A stretch of DNA of 64,000 bases from assembly GCF_041956535.1 (NCBI RefSeq), contig NW_027192208.1:506492-570491 (forward strand). Reading direction: 5' to 3'. Both the position numbers and the translations under genes were made by a program. Below are positions 59,212 through 64,000 of the stretch, piece by piece. Within the stretch, counting starts at the first letter, position 1. Every line of letters begins with the position of its first letter. The notes under the pieces were generated by a model. The model searched no databases. It saw only the letters and a list, made by a program, of their open reading frames with translations, and had not been told where the DNA came from. The DNA comes from Calcarisporiella thermophila CBS 279.70 (lineage: Eukaryota; Fungi; Calcarisporiellomycota).

Positions 59212-62200
59212 TTACACAACATCTTGTCTCTTTTGGAATTCGTCTTTGACTGCCCATATCAGATCCAAAATCGTTGCAGCACTCCAAGCTTGCGTCGGAC
59301 AACTGTCTGTACAGGGTGCGCCGTCTTTATTAGTGAGCTCGGGCAGCCCGGCCCATGGGGAATTTTGGATGTATCGTTTATGGGGTAATAAAGTTCGTTG
59401 GACTCTTAAGGAGACCTCCTATTGGCAGGAAACATGGTGAGAAGAGCATATTAATACTATTCCTTTTCTTTCTACGCGTTGCTGAATGTACTTGCCTGAG
59501 CATCGAATTTATCACCACAGGCCTGGAAAATCAGAAGTGCACGCAGGAAATAGCCTGCGCACCACACCCACTCCTATAAATATGAAAGAAGAGCAATCTG
59601 TTAGCACTAATGATTCAGCAGAGTATATACATTTATAGCTGATGCCTACCGGTCCTTGGTGGTAATTCCACCCTTTTGCAATCAATCGATCGGCCCCATC
59701 ATTCGAGTTATCATAGTTTGGCCGGTAGGCCCAATCGGCCGGATCCAGTGTGCGCATTCCAAGCGGGCCCATGATAATTTTCTTAGCTATTTCTAGTGCC
59801 GACGCCGCATGTTTTGCGTCGAAAAGTTCCGGTGCAACTACCATTGCCACTGCGAAATTGGGCCTCAGTTGGTAATCGCAATAGGGCTCGGCAGAGCCGT
59901 AGGTATCCTTGTAAATGCCGCGGCGATTGATGAGTTTGGGATCGAGGGCATATTGGGAGTCATCGGAAGGAGAAGTGGGGATATAGAAACAGCGTTCAAA
60001 CGAAGATTGGATCAAAGCTCCCCACTCCTTGTAGCTTATCTTCTTCTCTGCCTGGTCGTCCTCAGCAGGTATCACCACACCTTCGTACGGGTATTTGCCT
60101 TCCTCCCAGAGCGAGGCCAACCACCGTACCGCACTCTTCTCCAGTCCCACAATTTCCACTGCGGCCCCGTCTCTTGGGGTGGCGGGGACCCCTTTATTTC
60201 CAGCGCGTTCGCTCTCTCCCATCTTATCCATCCAGGTCCCACAATTCCACCGATTTCCCCCGCACACAAATCCTGTGGTCCAGTCGACTCGCGCGGTGAC
60301 GTTGAAGCCGGGGTCGGTCATCTGCGTATCCAGTGCCGGTCCGGCGTTCCACTCCCGGAAGGAAATTCCCTTGGCATGCCGCTGCATGATTTCCTGCACT
60401 AATTCTGCGATGGTGGATGAACGCGAGTACGCCCGTTCATCCTCCACCTCAACAAACGTGTCTCCGTCGGGAAATCTTCTTGGCACTCTCACCTCCAAGA
60501 ATTTTAGCCCCTCGGGTGAGAACTTGCAGTAGTCCTGCACCGCTTGCGTAAACCACCAGGCCGCGTCCCGTGCATTATACCTAGGATAGCGCACCGCATC
60601 GAGCAAGTTCGGGATAAGCCCGTGCTTCAAGCTTCCGCCGAACGCTATTATATGCCTGCGCGCGGCTTCGAATTGACCAGTAACGAGGTAGAGTCCCCGC
60701 AGTGAAATAAACACGTCTCTTCCCCAGCACCGCATGTGCTGGTGTGTAAAATGAGGCAGGCCTGCGGCCATAGAAGCCCCGGGCTCGGTGGGGTGTAGGC
60801 CAGTTGAGCTGACACGACCATACATCTGTAGTGCGCACAAACTTAACGACCTGGTGAAAAAGTCCCCGTTTCGAATGAATTCCGACATTAATTTTTTGGT
60901 TGCGTGTTTGCGCGCCGCTTGGTAGACGGTGTTGAGGACGAGGGCGAAGTATTTGGGCAGTAAGAAGTTTGGAAACTCTTGCACGATCTTGAAGTGGCTC
61001 TCGAGCCATTTCCTAATGCCATCCAATTTCGGGTACCACCGCACATACTCCTCGAGGCGAGAAACGCAGTAGTCCAATGCCCAGCGGCCATCCCGCAGGT
61101 GCGCACAGAATGGATGCCCCAGGTCATTCCACTTCATAATCGGCTTGAGCACCGACATGAATCCCTCAAGCCCGCAGTATGGAAGCGCCCCCCACCCAGG
61201 AATCTTATAGACCCCGCGACCCACGCTGTCCTGCTCCTCTCCATCGCACCGGTACAAGAGAACATTCATCTCCTCCGAGCCCAGCTCCTGCACAGCCTCC
61301 TCCACGCCCTCTTGCAGTTTCGTGATAAGGTCGGTGGGTGTGTGTCGGATCCAAGTGCGTAGAAGCATCACGCTTCCCGCCGGGAATTCTCGAGGTACCA
61401 CCACCTCTGTGTACATGCCTTTCTCGTCGGTCAGTTCCTTTATCATTGGGGCCTCTAGCGCCTCTAGTCTTACCCTCAGTCCCCTAAGATAAGTTTTGTT
61501 CTCTGGAATATCTCTCGATAGCACGTCTAGGGTAGTCGTGAAGATATGCTCCACCTCGCTACCTCGCAGCTTGATGGGCGCAATATTGCCCCGCTGCGAC
61601 TTGTTATTGGCAAACGCAGTATGTGCGACGAGAAGATAACCCTGGTGGGTAGATGGGTGCTGGCGGTGCACCATAATGTAATTATCTTCGTGGTGAACAT
61701 GTGTCTCGATGAATCCCTTGCGTGCCATTTCGGTGTGAAGGTGCTGGAGCACCCGTTTCACTGTAAAAATATGACACAACAAACCGTTAAACATCAGTAA
61801 AGCCACGCGCCAACGAGCGCCCCAATCATCCTACCTTTTCCTATGCCTCTGTCTTCAATTTTACTCCCCCCCTCATAGTGCCGCTTCTCCTTAACTAGAT
61901 CCAAAAGCGTTGGGTATACCTCATCGTATCCCTTCACACTCCCAATTGCGCACGCAGACATCGCCACAAGTGCAGCATTGGAAAGCGTATCCTCCGCTCT
62001 TCGCTTCTGATGAGGTGTCTCGTTGTCGTGGGTGCAATCCATGAAAAGTGCATGCGGAGTCGAGCCGGAAAGTGGGATTTTGACGCAAGGTTCGACCGCC
62101 CCGGTCCTGGGATGGACGCACTCGGAATACTCGGTCAAACAGTCCATGTCCATCGATCCGACAGGTTTCCCGCCATGACGATGTAAAAGCCGGCTAAGCT

Positions 62201-63952
62201 CTCGTGGATCCCAGGCCTGCATCGCCTCGCGTATCAATGAGGTAATGCCCAATCGCGAAACAAATTTCACGTCCATGGTTTCGGAGCCCGTGAACAACTC
62301 TGCTACCACGTACAGATCCTTTCGCACTCGCCGTGCCGCATCTAAAAAGTACTCGGCGACATGAATAGGGGTCGAGTGGCAATTGTCTATACGGAAGCCA
62401 TGGAAGAGCGAGGCGACTTTTTCAGTGTAGAGTCGCATATGCTCCCACAGCCAAGGGTTATCGTCCGGCGAACGGCCGTATCGTAGTTTGACGCAGTCGC
62501 CCCACACGATGACCTCTCTTCGCAGATACGCCTGTGACTCGTTCGATGCAAAATCTTGAAGTGGGTTCGCATTCCAAATCCATCCGTTATTAGCTAACAT
62601 AAGCTCTCCCTCCTGACGAGACCGCGTCCGCTCGTCATCCTTCGGTAACCGCGTAAAATAGGTTTCAATCAACGGTGCCTCTCGTGTGATCTCCCCGAGA
62701 TTAGGCCCATCTTTAGCAAGGCGAGTATAGGCGGCACGATTGGCAACGTTCTCTATAATAGCTTTGGTGTCATCGTCATACTGTATGTAGAGCGGCAAAT
62801 TCACTTCATTGAGTAATGCATGATAGCGCTTGCAAACACGATCAACCTCCGCATCCTCTCTCTCAAGAGCCTTCATGAACGCCAATGCCTTGTGTACGTT
62901 GATTTTTATCCCGAACCGTTTCCCTAATCGTCGCTCTTCTGTAGCATCCTGCGCCAATCGATCTGCTAATTGCTTCAGTGTCATATTTTGCAATTCCTCC
63001 CTCGAATATACCTCCGAGTCATACTCTTCCCCTCGCTCGATCGCTCCCCGCAACTCAGCCACAGCGGACTCGACATCAACAACATAATACTCCCACAATC
63101 GGATTTTTTTGATAACTTCGTCCTTGGCGGCATCCATCACCTTGTCAAGGTCAGCACGTGTAGTGAGAACAGTAGGAAGACCTAGTTCTTTCAGGCGTGC
63201 GGAGAAGTCCAGAAAAGCGGTATCTAGCTCGTATGCAGGCGCTAAATGCGGCGAATTGATCAAATTGTAGCCTATATTAGCAAATAGTTTGAGTATTAGA
63301 GTGTATTGAAAAGCCAATGCGTTAGGCGCATATACCAGCTTCTGGGTGTTCCAATAGCCATTCAGAATTATGTGCCGTATGATTCCAAACCACATCAGAC
63401 AGGCAGTTTAATCCAAATTCATTCCTAACTCTTTCCAACGTTCGTCTCATAATCTCGAATCTTTCCTCCTTCGTCTTCCATGCGCCCGGCTCTTCGTCGG
63501 CATACAAATCATGTGAAAAGTCAAGCTGATCTGCAATTGAATATGGGGAATCCGAAGCCCCGCGCACTTGAAGCGGTACGAAATGGACCCAATTGTATCC
63601 AGCAGCCTGGAGCGCGCGTAGGTGAGGGGCCCACTGAGGGAAGGGACCAAGCCACTTGGCTATAACCGAGGCAATAACTATCCCGTCCAGAGGGAGAGGT
63701 TGCCACTCATCCATTCCCCCGCTCTTTGGAGTGATGTTAGAACTCAAGCTGGAGAACGATGGAGAAGGCCTTGCGCGGAGCCGAGGCTCGACCATAAAAT
63801 GCCCAGAATCGGAGCGTTCGATTTTATGTGGTTCTGTCCAGTTTTGATATTCAATAAAATATTCATACGCCCCAGACTCTTCTATTACTAGATCGCAATA
63901 GCCGTCCATGGAGGGATCATCTTTGAATCTGCCAGGCAAATTGGATTTCTTT
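59212..63952 (-). CDS. GDB1: Glycogen debranching enzyme (5' end beyond the window)
   Basis: 'DVVWNHTA', 'LRREVIVWGDCVKLRYG', 'GFRIDNCHSTP', 'DCTHDNETP', 'RCWGRDVFI', 'CGTWMDKMG', 'NYHQGP|EW' and 'QAWS'. Confidence 0.97.
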
Positions 63953-64000
63953 TAGGTTTTTTTTTTTTTTGCTTCCATATTTCTCATCTTTAGGTACTTA

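Noticed and set aside
1-64000. tRNA, rRNA or CRISPR arrays
   Set aside because: None recognised by eye; no regularly spaced repeats or cloverleaf with proper A/B boxes. tRNAscan-SE was not run.

Overview
Gene-dense, intron-rich eukaryotic DNA with short GT-AG introns (mostly about 50-150 nt). It is almost certainly an early-diverging fungus, probably Mucoromycota; that placement is inferred from gene content only. I find about 25 protein-coding genes, mostly housekeeping: OMA1, an ANKRD16-like gene, PAF1, HOM6, an RRM protein, an LYR protein, SSK2, TOM20, SPC25, ECO1, a TPR protein, an ACBD5/Atg37-like protein, CSR1, a Ran1/Sks1-like kinase, an Spt23/Mga2-like factor, an ACAD10/11-type kinase, RPS2, XPO4, NOB1, NDUFAF5, a YeiH-family transporter and GDB1. 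An AT-rich accessory island at about 29.6-35.6 kb holds a decayed Sola-like transposase interrupted by a 254-bp MITE, a decayed LRR gene, and a Crinkler-type zinc-finger + NTPase + restriction-endonuclease-fold gene. The main highlights are: (1) a Tom20 import receptor spliced in frame to a SMYD-type SET/MYND domain whose catalytic motifs are all degenerate, with an intron whose retention would give plain Tom20; (2) a BRCT domain spliced onto the N-terminus of the osmostress MAPKKK Ssk2; (3) the Crinkler/transposon island; (4) clustered MCB/SCB-type cell-cycle elements. All exon structures and family calls come from reading the sequence by eye; no database searches were run.
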